Source: Phormidesmis sp.
GTDB lineage: Bacteria > Cyanobacteriota > Cyanobacteriia > Leptolyngbyales > Leptolyngbyaceae
Length of the DNA: 64,000 bases
Assembly (NCBI GenBank): GCA_965248535.1
Contig: CBDFJR010000005.1
Coordinates: forward strand, 448,001-512,000
Direction of reading: 5' to 3'
Shown here in pieces: positions 1 to 8,621 of the stretch; within the stretch, counting starts at the first letter, position 1; each line of letters begins with the position of its first letter. A program made the translations under genes and the position numbers. Under the pieces are notes generated by a model. The model made no database searches. It had not been told where the DNA came from and worked only from the letters and a program-made list of their open reading frames with translations.

Positions 1-2252
1 AACGTATTCATAGCCTGACCAAAATCGACATTGAGGGCTTGCAGGCGATCGCGATCGATATCAATCTCATATTGGGGAGTGCTGGCAGTAAACTGAGTGA
101 ACACCTGACGCAAGATGGGGTTCTGATTGGCCTTGGCGATGATTTGTTGCGCGATCGCCAAAAATTGATCAATACTCAGTTGTCCGTTGGTGCGGTCTTG
201 CAGTTGAAACTCAAAGCCGCCAGTCACGCCATAGCCAGAGACGGCGGGCAGGTTAGAGGTGATGATCAGCGCATCCTGATTTTGCATCAAAATTCCAGTC
301 AGCCGTTTTACGATGCCATCGACCGAGTGTGCTTCACCCTGGCGCTCTTTCCAATCTTTCAGATTGACGAAAAACGTGCCTTGATTGGGGCCATTGCCAC
401 TGAGACCAAAGCCAGGAATGATGATTGACGCTGCCATCTCAGGCACTTCTTTTTCTAACGTTTGGTAGACAGTCTGCGCCACCTTCTCGGTGGAAACCAG
501 AGAAACTCCGTCAGGAGCCTGAATCAGTCCGACAAATACGCCCTGATCTTCGGCTGGGACAAAGCCATTGGGAACAGAAATATACACAAACACGGTTGCC
601 GCCAATCCGAGCACAAACACTCCTACCACCACCATCCGAATGTGGATCAGGAATTTGCTCAGACGCTCATATTGCTCTAGCAGCCAGCGAAAACCTCGAT
701 TGAACTGACGAAAAAACCAGCCCAACGGCCCGCGCCCTTCTCCTTCAGTGTGATGGAGGAAAAGCCCAGACATACTAGGAGTGAAACTGAGAGCATTGAA
801 CAAGGAAATGCCGATCGAGAAGATAATAATCAGCGCAAACTGCCGATACATAATGCCCGTCGCGCCCGGAAAGAACGACACTGGGATAAACACCGCCATC
901 AGCACCAAAGACGTGGCAACGACTGCGCCAGAAAGCTCCCCCATCGACTCAAACGCCGCCTGTCTGGGCGGCAAGCCCTGTTCCATTTTGGCCGTGATCC
1001 CTTCGACCACAATGATCGCATCATCTACGACCAAACCCGTTGCTAGCACCAGCGCAAACATGGTGAGAGTGTTCAGCGAGAAGCCTAGCGCGTAGGCGAT
1101 CGCCAGCGCCCCAATCAAAGAAACAGGAATAGCGACGGCTGGAATCAGGGTGGCACGCCAATCTTGCAAAAAGACGAAAATCACCAGCACCACGAGAGCG
1201 ATCGCTTCCATCAGTGTTGTGAGCACTTCTTCGATCGAGACTTCTACAAACTTGGTGGTGTCATAGGCAATGACGGCTTTCAAACCGGGCGGAAAGGTTT
1301 TTTCTGCCTCGGCGATCTGCGCTTCGACAGCTTTGGCAGTATTTAGCGCATTGCTGCCGGGAAGCTGATAGATCAACATTCCCACACCCGGTTTGCCCTG
1401 CACGAGTGCCGACGTGGTGTAGTCCTTTGCCCCTAGCTCGGCTCGGCCGACATCTTTGAGTTTGACCAAGGTGCCATCGGGTTGGGTCTTGATGACTAAG
1501 TTCTCAAATTCTCTGACATCTTTCAAGCGGCTGTTGATCCGCAAAGGGTAATTCGATTTCTGACTTGACTTGGTGGGCGCTTGCCCGATCGAGCCTGCCC
1601 CAACCTGGATATTTTGAGAAGTCAACGCATCGCTGACATCGGTGGGTGTCAAACTCCGACTGGCTAGCGCGTTGGGATCAAGCCACAGCCGCATGGCATA
1701 TTGCCGTTCTCCAATGATGGTGGCATCGCCCACACCCGGCACCCGCTTGATCGCGTCGGTGATATATAGGTCAACATAGTTACTCAAAAAAGTGCTGTCA
1801 TACTCTCCGTTTTCGGCATAGAAGCCATAGACCAGCAAAATGCTGTTGGAACGCGACAGGGTAGTGACTCCAGTTTGCCGCACCGAAGCGGGCAAGGTGG
1901 GTTCGGCGATCGCGGCTCGGTTCTGCACGTTGACTTGATTAAGGTTGCGGTTGCTGGCTGGGTCAAACAGGGTCGAAATCGTGCTGGAGCCATCGTTTCC
2001 ACTGGTGGAGGTGATGTATTGCATCCCTTCTACCCCGTTGACCTGCCGCTCAATGAGCCGAGAGACGGTATCTTCAACCGTTTGGGCATCGGCCCCGATC
2101 GAGGTGCTGGTGGTTTGGATCTGAATGGGGGCAATATCGGGCAAGTTGTTGATCGGCAGCAAGGGAATGCAAATCGCCCCCAGCAGCAGAATTAGTAGGG
2201 TGCAAACGGTTGATAGAACTGGTCGCTTGATGAAGGTATCGGCGATCGACAT
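1..2252 (-). CDS. RND efflux transporter permease (AcrB/HAE1 family), 3' part runs off the left edge of the window
   Basis: Reverse complement from 2252 reads MSIADTFIKRPVLSTVC..., a typical AcrB-like N-terminus. It lies directly downstream of the MFP gene. It is absent from the ORF track because it has no stop in the window. Confidence 0.93.
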   Translation of the reverse strand, partial: MSIADTFIKRPVLSTVCTLLILLLGAICIPLLPINNLPDIAPIQIQTTSTSIGADAQTVEDTVSRLIERQVNGVEGMQYITSTSGNDGSSTISTLFDPASNRNLNQVNVQNRAAIAEPTLPASVRQTGVTTLSRSNSILLVYGFYAENGEYDSTFLSNYVDLYITDAIKRVPGVGDATIIGERQYAMRLWLDPNALASRSLTPTDVSDALTSQNIQVGAGSIGQAPTKSSQKSNYPLRINSRLKDVREFENLVIKTQPDGTLVKLKDVGRAELGAKDYTTSALVQGKPGVGMLIYQLPGSNALNTAKAVEAQIAEAEKTFPPGLKAVIAYDTTKFVEVSIEEVLTTLMEAIALVVLVIFVFLQDWRATLIPAVAIPVSLIGALAIAYALGFSLNTLTMFALVLATGLVVDDAIIVVEGITAKMEQGLPPRQAAFESMGELSGAVVATSLVLMAVFIPVSFFPGATGIMYRQFALIIIFSIGISLFNALSFTPSMSGLFLHHTEGEGRGPLGWFFRQFNRGFRWLLEQYERLSKFLIHIRMVVVGVFVLGLAATVFVYISVPNGFVPAEDQGVFVGLIQAPDGVSLVSTEKVAQTVYQTLEKEVPEMAASIIIPGFGLSGNGPNQGTFFVNLKDWKERQGEAHSVDGIVKRLTGILMQNQDALIITSNLPAVSGYGVTGGFEFQLQDRTNGQLSIDQFLAIAQQIIAKANQNPILRQVFTQFTASTPQYEIDIDRDRLQALNVDFGQAMNT

Positions 2253-2275
2253 CGTGATTTGCTCCTAAGTTGTTC

Positions 2276-3655
2276 CTAAGTTTGCGGTTGGATGGGTGCG
2301 CCGTCCCGGAGCTTGAGAATATTGGAGATGGCCACGCGATCGCCCGCTTTGATGCCGTCCAAAATGGGGTAGCGATCGTTTTGCACATCGCCCAACTTCA
2401 CGGGTTTCTGATGCACCACAAATTGCGGTTTTTCCTTAGACTTGTCTTCTTCCACCATGTAGACAAAACTCTGTCCACCGACGCGATTCACCGCAACCGT
2501 CGGAATTAAAATTCCGGGCTGCTGGTTCCAGATAATGCGGGCGCGGACATATTGCCCATCTCGCAATTTGCCATCAGTGTTGTTAAATCGAGCTTTCACC
2601 AAAATTGATTGAGCATCAGCATTGATTTGAGGCGAGATGAAGCTAATGCTGCCCCTCGTTAACTGTTTCCCGGTGTCAGCATCCAGCAGTTCTACGGGCA
2701 AGCCCTGACGCAGTTGATTGAGATTATTAGAGGGCACCGAAATTCGCATATCCAGCGCATCATTTTTGATGATCGAGGTTAGGGTTGTTCCCACATTGAC
2801 GTAATCGCCCGTTTTGAGCGAGAAATCGCCCACAATGCCATCGATCGGTGCAACAACCTGCTTTTGATTCAGGTTCACTTGCGTTGAGGCAACTTGAGCC
2901 TGGGCTTGATCTACGTTGGACTGTGCCTGATTGATGCTGGCTTGGCTAGCATTCACCTGTTTGTCAGCCGCTGCTAGGGCTGCGATCGTGGTCTCTAAAT
3001 TGTTTTGAGCAATGTCTAGCTGTTGCCGCGTCTGTGCGCCTTCAGACACCAGATATTGGGTGCGCTTAAACTCTGCTTGCTGGAGTTTCACATCGGATGC
3101 TGCTTTGGCGCGATCGGCTTGTTTTGAGGCAAGCTGCGCCTCGGCGGTGGCGACTGCTGCCCGGTTGGAGTTAACGACCGCAATGGCGCTGCTGACATCG
3201 GATTTTGTTTGATCCAAACTCAGGGTCAAAATCGGTGTGCCTTGGCTGACCCGATCGCCGCTGGCAACCAACACGCGATCGATGCGTCCCTGAATTTGAG
3301 GTTGCAGCGAGACGCGCTCTTGGGCTTCTAGCTTGCCAACAAACTCAGCCGTCGATTGCACTTGACTTGACTCAATCGTCTGCACTTTGACTGGGAGGGG
3401 TGGCGGAGCTTGGGCGGCAGGTGGGCGACTGCTCAACGATCGCCAGCCCACAAAGCCGCCTCCGAGCACAAAAACGGTCAGGGTTCCCCAAAGCCAGACT
3501 TGGCGCGATCGGGGTCGTTTAGCTATTTTCTCATCAGGTTGATGGGGATCGGTGGAGGCTGAACCCAAATCAGCGTCGGTTGCAACACTGCCTTCAGCTT
3601 GACGGGGATGATCCACTTGAGCAGCATTGGAGGGGTTTGCGCGATCGGGGGACAT
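2276..3655 (-). CDS. RND efflux periplasmic adaptor (membrane fusion protein)
   Basis: N-terminal TM, lipoyl-like GDRVSQG and VVAPIDG motifs, long coiled hairpin; adjacent to the RND permease. Confidence 0.93.
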   Translation of the reverse strand: MSPDRANPSNAAQVDHPRQAEGSVATDADLGSASTDPHQPDEKIAKRPRSRQVWLWGTLTVFVLGGGFVGWRSLSSRPPAAQAPPPLPVKVQTIESSQVQSTAEFVGKLEAQERVSLQPQIQGRIDRVLVASGDRVSQGTPILTLSLDQTKSDVSSAIAVVNSNRAAVATAEAQLASKQADRAKAASDVKLQQAEFKRTQYLVSEGAQTRQQLDIAQNNLETTIAALAAADKQVNASQASINQAQSNVDQAQAQVASTQVNLNQKQVVAPIDGIVGDFSLKTGDYVNVGTTLTSIIKNDALDMRISVPSNNLNQLRQGLPVELLDADTGKQLTRGSISFISPQINADAQSILVKARFNNTDGKLRDGQYVRARIIWNQQPGILIPTVAVNRVGGQSFVYMVEEDKSKEKPQFVVHQKPVKLGDVQNDRYPILDGIKAGDRVAISNILKLRDGAPIQPQT

Positions 3656-4076
3656 AAAACAACTGCCTCAACTAAATGTTTATAAAACAATGATTCATGA
3701 CGCTAATACTGGAGTGTTCAAGAAATAAACAGTTCCTCCAAATAGATAGATTAATCATTCAAAAAACACCCTGTTTCATTGGATCGAAAATAAATATAAC
3801 TCCGGTCAAGCGCCTGTGCTGTCAACATTTCAATCAATTTTATTTAACGCTGAAACTCTCTTTCAGCCAGGCTTTTTACTAGTTTTGTTCAGGGTTAATC
3901 ATTGCGTTTAGGTGACAGTTGCCAAATTCTTTCTAAGGTTTGAATTTGTTGCTGCTGACGCTTGCGTTAAAAAAACCGTCAGCCGCTGCAAAAAATTGGT
4001 AAGGCACAATTAGACGAACGTGTTGGAGATCAGCCTTGAGTTGAATAACTAACCAACATTTCTGCTAGCATCATGC

Positions 4077-4131
4077 AAAACGAAACTGTTTTGTCTTGCA
4101 TGTCATAAAACTAGACGAAACAGTTTTGTCT
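4077..4131. promoter_or_regulatory. Two near-palindromic operator-like sites, probably TetR operators
   Basis: AAACGAAACTGTTTTGTCT and AGACGAAACAGTTTTGTCT lie 35 bp apart, just upstream of tetR, in the region divergent from the efflux operon. Confidence 0.6.
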
Positions 4132-4164
4132 TGTCAAGCGTTAGACTATAAATCAGTCCATAGG

Positions 4165-4821
4165 ATGAGTTGGGTGACCAATCAGGGAAATGAAGTGATC
4201 AGTAAAGTCAATAGGGTCGATCGGGAATTATCTCCCGCAAAAAATGAAGCGATTTTGCAGGGAGCGATGCAGGAGTTTCTAGAGCATGGCTATGCCGGAG
4301 CTAGAATCGATAAAATTGTTGCCGCCGCAGGAGTTTCTAAAGCGACGGTCTACCGCCACTTTGCCGATAAAGAAGCGTTGTTTACCGCCCTGATTCAACG
4401 CATGGCGGGCAAAGCTAACCTGTTTCAGCAAGACGATTTTCTACGCTTGCAGGCAGACCCGACGGTTTTCTTAAAACAGCTTGCTACGTGTATGTTAGAC
4501 ACGATGGTGCAAAACTCGTCAGAGCTAACGCTGCTCAGAATCATCATTGGTGAGTCAGGACGGTTTCCAACATTGGCTCAGGTATTTGTTCAAACGATTG
4601 AAAAACCAAATCTTGAGTTTTTGACGCAATATTTTGCGAATCACCCTGAGCTTCAGATTGCTGATCCTGAAGTGGCAGCCCGAACTTTTATCGGCACGCT
4701 AGTCCATTTTGTGATTACGCGAGATCTGCTGCACGGCAAAGAAGTGATGCCAATGGAGAGCGATCGCTTAGTCAATGGCTTGCTGAGTCTGCTTCTTGCC
4801 AATGCTCAAAGCCATGAGTGA
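4165..4821 (+). CDS. TetR/AcrR family transcriptional regulator
   Basis: HTH motif FLEHGYAGARIDKIVAAAGVSKATVYRHFADKEALF; divergent from the RND operon; ATG at 4165 preferred over the TTG at 4096. Confidence 0.93.
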   Translation: MSWVTNQGNEVISKVNRVDRELSPAKNEAILQGAMQEFLEHGYAGARIDKIVAAAGVSKATVYRHFADKEALFTALIQRMAGKANLFQQDDFLRLQADPTVFLKQLATCMLDTMVQNSSELTLLRIIIGESGRFPTLAQVFVQTIEKPNLEFLTQYFANHPELQIADPEVAARTFIGTLVHFVITRDLLHGKEVMPMESDRLVNGLLSLLLANAQSHE

Positions 4822-4892
4822 GTCGGGTCGTTTTCGCAAGAATGCTGAACCATAGGTAGTCTGATGAGAATGGCTGATCTAGCCCAGACGCT

Positions 4893-5978
4893 TTAGGTGG
4901 GGTGAACTCTTTGCCCAGTCGTGGGGTCAAACAGAAAAAGTTGGTCTAGATCTAGCGCTAGCGGCAGCCGATCGCCCACCCTTAACCGCACCGTTGGGCT
5001 AACTTGCATGGTCAGCGTTGTTTTGGGCGATCGGGCTTCAAACTCCAACTCGGCTCTAATCAAGATCTCTCGCCCCAACGGTTCGACGACGCTGACTTGG
5101 GTGCTGAGATGAACCTGATCGCTGATATGAAGATGCTCAGGACGGATGCCCAGATCGAAGGACTGTCCATTGTGCAGAGACGTTTGCAGCGCCAACGGGC
5201 AGGGAATGCGCTGTCCTTGAATGTGAAAGGCTTTCTCCTGATAGATAACGGGCAAAATATTCATCGGCGGATTGCCCAAAAAAGTAGCAACCATGCGGTT
5301 CTCAGGCTGGGCATAAACGCTTTGGGGGTCGCCCATCTGCTGAATCTTGCCCCGGTCTAAAATCACAATTTGATCGGCGAGAGTCATTGCCTCGACCTGA
5401 TCGTGGGTGACATAGATTGTGGTGATGCCCACCTGTTGGTGCAGTTGCTTAAGCTCAGAGCGGGTGCCGTCGCGCAGTTGAGCATCTAAATTAGACAGCG
5501 GCTCATCGAGGAGAAACACCTGAGGCTGACGGGCGATCGCTCGCCCCAACGCGACTCGCTGCTGCTGACCGCCAGAAAGTTGCCGAGGTTTGCGATTTAA
5601 CAAATGGCTGATGTCTAAAATTTGCGCGATCGTCGCCACCCGTTCTTGCTGAATTTTGGCATCGACTTGACGCATCTTTAGCCCAAACCCCAAATTCTCA
5701 GCGACCGTCATGTGGGGGTAGAGCGCGTAGTTTTGAAACACCATAGCCACATCGCGCTGACGAGCCGGAATCTGATTGACCCGGCGATCGCCGATGTAGA
5801 GATCGCCAGAGGTTGCCGACTCTAACCCAGCGATCGTTCTCAAAATCGTAGATTTGCCGCAGCCAGACGGGCCGACCAGCACCCAAAATTGACCATCAGG
5901 CACCTCAAAGGTGATATCTGCGATCGCCACCGACTGCTCAAATCGTCGCGTGATGCCGTCTAGCTTAACTCTTGCCAT
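4893..5978 (-). CDS. MalK/MsmX-like sugar ABC transporter ATP-binding protein
   Basis: Walker A GPSGCGKST, LSGGQQQR signature, LLDEPLSNLD, C-terminal TOBE-like region. Confidence 0.92.
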   Translation of the reverse strand: MARVKLDGITRRFEQSVAIADITFEVPDGQFWVLVGPSGCGKSTILRTIAGLESATSGDLYIGDRRVNQIPARQRDVAMVFQNYALYPHMTVAENLGFGLKMRQVDAKIQQERVATIAQILDISHLLNRKPRQLSGGQQQRVALGRAIARQPQVFLLDEPLSNLDAQLRDGTRSELKQLHQQVGITTIYVTHDQVEAMTLADQIVILDRGKIQQMGDPQSVYAQPENRMVATFLGNPPMNILPVIYQEKAFHIQGQRIPCPLALQTSLHNGQSFDLGIRPEHLHISDQVHLSTQVSVVEPLGREILIRAELEFEARSPKTTLTMQVSPTVRLRVGDRLPLALDLDQLFLFDPTTGQRVHPT

Positions 5979-6145
5979 AAAAACTAGTTTGTCAACTTTT
6001 TGTCGATTTTCTATCTCTAGACCATAAGTGATTGGTTGTTAAGAATCAATCGGCTAATAAAAACGATAATTTAGCATCCATTTCAAGGTAGATTGTTTAT
6101 TTATTAACAGAGATTAAGCCAGTTAGCAAAGGCTTCTCTGAGAGT

Positions 6146-6544
6146 GTGTTGTTAGGTAAGGCTGAAGGACTCGATCATTTGCAGGTATTAATTGTTGAAG
6201 ATGAAGCAGTTACTAGAACCGCTCTGGTCGTATTGCTAGAACATCAAGGAGCAACTGTCGTTGCGGTTGGCTCGGTCAAAGAAGGCCAAGAGGCATTGAT
6301 GAGGTTTCGACCCGATATTTTGATTAGCAATTTTCGGCTACCTGATGGCAATGGTGCAGATGTTTTGCACAGGTTGAGAGAGCATGATGCCAAATTGGGA
6401 ACCGTGACTCCGGCGATCGCTCTGTCGGGAGAGGTGCCCGAAACGCTGCAAACGGCTTCGGGGTCGGCGGGGTTTAATCTCTATATCTCAAAGCCGTTTA
6501 ACTCTCAGGCGTTAGTGACCGCGATCGGGCAATTGTTGAGTTGA
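6146..6544 (+). CDS. Stand-alone response regulator receiver domain (atypical, Asn at the phospho-acceptor position)
   Basis: VLIVEDE ... PDILISNFRLPD ... PAIALSG ... YISKPF receiver motifs. Confidence 0.85.
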   Translation: MLLGKAEGLDHLQVLIVEDEAVTRTALVVLLEHQGATVVAVGSVKEGQEALMRFRPDILISNFRLPDGNGADVLHRLREHDAKLGTVTPAIALSGEVPETLQTASGSAGFNLYISKPFNSQALVTAIGQLLS

Positions 6545-6635
6545 TCGTTTCGACAAATTCCTGCTCTGATTCAGCAATGCCCGTTCAGAGCAGTGGTAGA
6601 GTTGCAGAAACGTGGCGCTGTTGGCGATCGATGCG

Positions 6636-7646
6636 ATGGGGGCATATCTTTTCAAGCGGATTCTCGGTTTAGTGCCTGTGCTGTTGGGCATTACGCTGGC
6701 GGTTTTTTTGCTTTTGCGGTTTATTCCTGGCGACCCGGCGATCGTGCTGGCGGGTGAACGGGCAACTCCCGATCAAGTTGCTGCCCTGAGAGAACAACTT
6801 GGACTCAACCAGCCGTTGTTCGTTCAATATTTTGCTTTTTTAGGAAACCTGTTGCAGTTAAATCTGGGCAACAGCTTAATTAGCGGCATTCCGGTAATCG
6901 ATGAAATCAAAACCCGATGGACGGCGACCTTTGAGTTGACGATCGCGGCCCTAGCGATCGCGACCTCAGTCGGCATTCCGGCGGGGGTGGTCGCGGCGGT
7001 TCGCAAAGATCGCTGGCTCGATCAAGTGCTGATGGCGGGTTCGCTGTTGGGGGTTTCGATTCCGGTTTATTGGTTGGGGCTGCTGCTGGTCTATCTGTTT
7101 GCTGTCACTCTCAACTGGCTGCCGCCTAGCGGACGCATCAGCACCGAAATCGGACTGAGTTTTCAGCCAATCACGGGATTTTATGTGCTGGATGCCTTGC
7201 TGAGATTGAATTGGACTGTTTTAGGAGATGTCGTCGCTCACCTAGTCTTGCCAGCGCTAACGTTGAGCACAATTCCGTTAGCGATCGTGGCCCGCATCAC
7301 TCGCAGCGCCATGCTAGAGGTGTTGACTCAAGATTATATTCGCACTGCCAGAGCCAAGGGGTTGCCCGATCGCCTCGTGATTTTTCGTCATGCGCTTAAG
7401 AATGCGCTGCTGCCGATCAACACCACGATCGGGCTACAGTTTGGCACGCTGCTGGGGGGCGCAATTCTCACGGAAACTATTTTTTCGTGGTCGGGCATTG
7501 GCTCTTGGGTTTATGAAGGCATTTTGGCGCGAGACTATCCGGTGGTGCAGGGTGGGGTGGTGTTTATTGCGGGGGCGTTTGTGGTGATCAATCTGCTTGT
7601 AGATTTGTCTTATGCCTGGGTTGATCCGAGAATTCGATACCGCTGA
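6636..7646 (+). CDS. dppB: Dipeptide/oligopeptide ABC transporter permease (DppB-like)
   Basis: IPGDPA N-terminus, EAA motif QDYIRTARAKGL, RDYPVVQG. Confidence 0.85.
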   Translation: MGAYLFKRILGLVPVLLGITLAVFLLLRFIPGDPAIVLAGERATPDQVAALREQLGLNQPLFVQYFAFLGNLLQLNLGNSLISGIPVIDEIKTRWTATFELTIAALAIATSVGIPAGVVAAVRKDRWLDQVLMAGSLLGVSIPVYWLGLLLVYLFAVTLNWLPPSGRISTEIGLSFQPITGFYVLDALLRLNWTVLGDVVAHLVLPALTLSTIPLAIVARITRSAMLEVLTQDYIRTARAKGLPDRLVIFRHALKNALLPINTTIGLQFGTLLGGAILTETIFSWSGIGSWVYEGILARDYPVVQGGVVFIAGAFVVINLLVDLSYAWVDPRIRYR

Positions 7647-7647
7647 T

Positions 7648-8490
7648 ATGGACTTATCACACCCGACTATTCAACGATTTAGAAAGTCACAGTTTGGCAA
7701 GATTGGGCTGGGCTTGACGATCGCTCTCCTAATCTTGGCGCTGTTGGCTCCCGTTTTGCGGCCCTATGATGTCTCGGTTGACCAGAGCTATGTCACCCGA
7801 TTAATCGCGCCGAGTGCGGCTCACTGGTTGGGCACTGATGGGCTAGGGCGAGATCTCTTAACCCTGGTGTGGTATGGCATTCGCACATCGCTGCTGATCA
7901 GTTTAGTGTCGGTGAGTTTTGGGGCTAGCCTTGGCTTGGGGTTGGGGTTGATGGCGGGTTATTTTGGCGGTTGGCTAGACACGATCGTGGGCTGGTTTAC
8001 CGATATTTTGCTGGCGTTTCCGTCGATTTTGTTGGCGATCGTGATTGTGACGGTGACGAGTCCGAGTGTGCAAAGTGTGATCATTGCGGTGGGTGTGGTG
8101 CAGATTCCGATCTATGTGAGGCTGACTCGCAGTGTGGTGCTCTCTCTGCGAGAACAGGAGTTTGTGCAGGCTGCTAGAGCTTTGGGCGCAACTGCGATCG
8201 GGATTATCTGGCGGCATATTTTGCCTGCGAGTCTGTCGCCGCTGGTGGTGCAGGCGGCGCTTTCGACGGGCACAGCGACTCTAGAAGCAGCCGGATTGGG
8301 GTTTTTGGGTTTGGGGGCACAACCGCCCACCCCTGAGCTAGGAACGATGCTGGCAGATGCGTTTAAGGGGGGCTATGCGCTCTCTGCGCCTTGGACGACG
8401 ATTTTTCCGGGTTTGATGATTACGCTGATGGTGTTGGCGTTTAATCTCTTGGGCGATGGGCTGCGAGATGGGCTAGACCCTCGATCTTAG
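7648..8490 (+). CDS. dppC: Dipeptide/oligopeptide ABC transporter permease (DppC-like)
   Basis: HWLGTDGLGRD, EFVQAARALGA, FNLLGDGLRD. Confidence 0.85.
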   Translation: MDLSHPTIQRFRKSQFGKIGLGLTIALLILALLAPVLRPYDVSVDQSYVTRLIAPSAAHWLGTDGLGRDLLTLVWYGIRTSLLISLVSVSFGASLGLGLGLMAGYFGGWLDTIVGWFTDILLAFPSILLAIVIVTVTSPSVQSVIIAVGVVQIPIYVRLTRSVVLSLREQEFVQAARALGATAIGIIWRHILPASLSPLVVQAALSTGTATLEAAGLGFLGLGAQPPTPELGTMLADAFKGGYALSAPWTTIFPGLMITLMVLAFNLLGDGLRDGLDPRS

Positions 8491-8578
8491 AGGATGTTTG
8501 AAACGTATCGAAAGTTTCTTCGCTGCGTTGCCGTCACGGGCGGGTTGTGCGAGCAACGACTACTTTTCAAACAGCCTC
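8490..8578. mobile_element. MITE-like element (~89 bp) with GAGG...CCTC terminal inverted repeats
   Basis: Left end GAGGATGTTTGAAACGTA pairs with right end TACTTTTCAAACAGCCTC (16/18 complementary). It is flanked by TTA and TGA, consistent with IS5/IS1031-type ends and a TNA target. Confidence 0.7.
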
Positions 8579-8621
8579 TGAGATTTTAGGCGTTGGCAGA
8601 GTTGAGACGGGGTGACTGGTT

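Noticed and set aside
39..2509. Many short plus-strand ORFs over the first 2.5 kb
   Set aside because: They are antisense shadows of the RND permease and MFP genes
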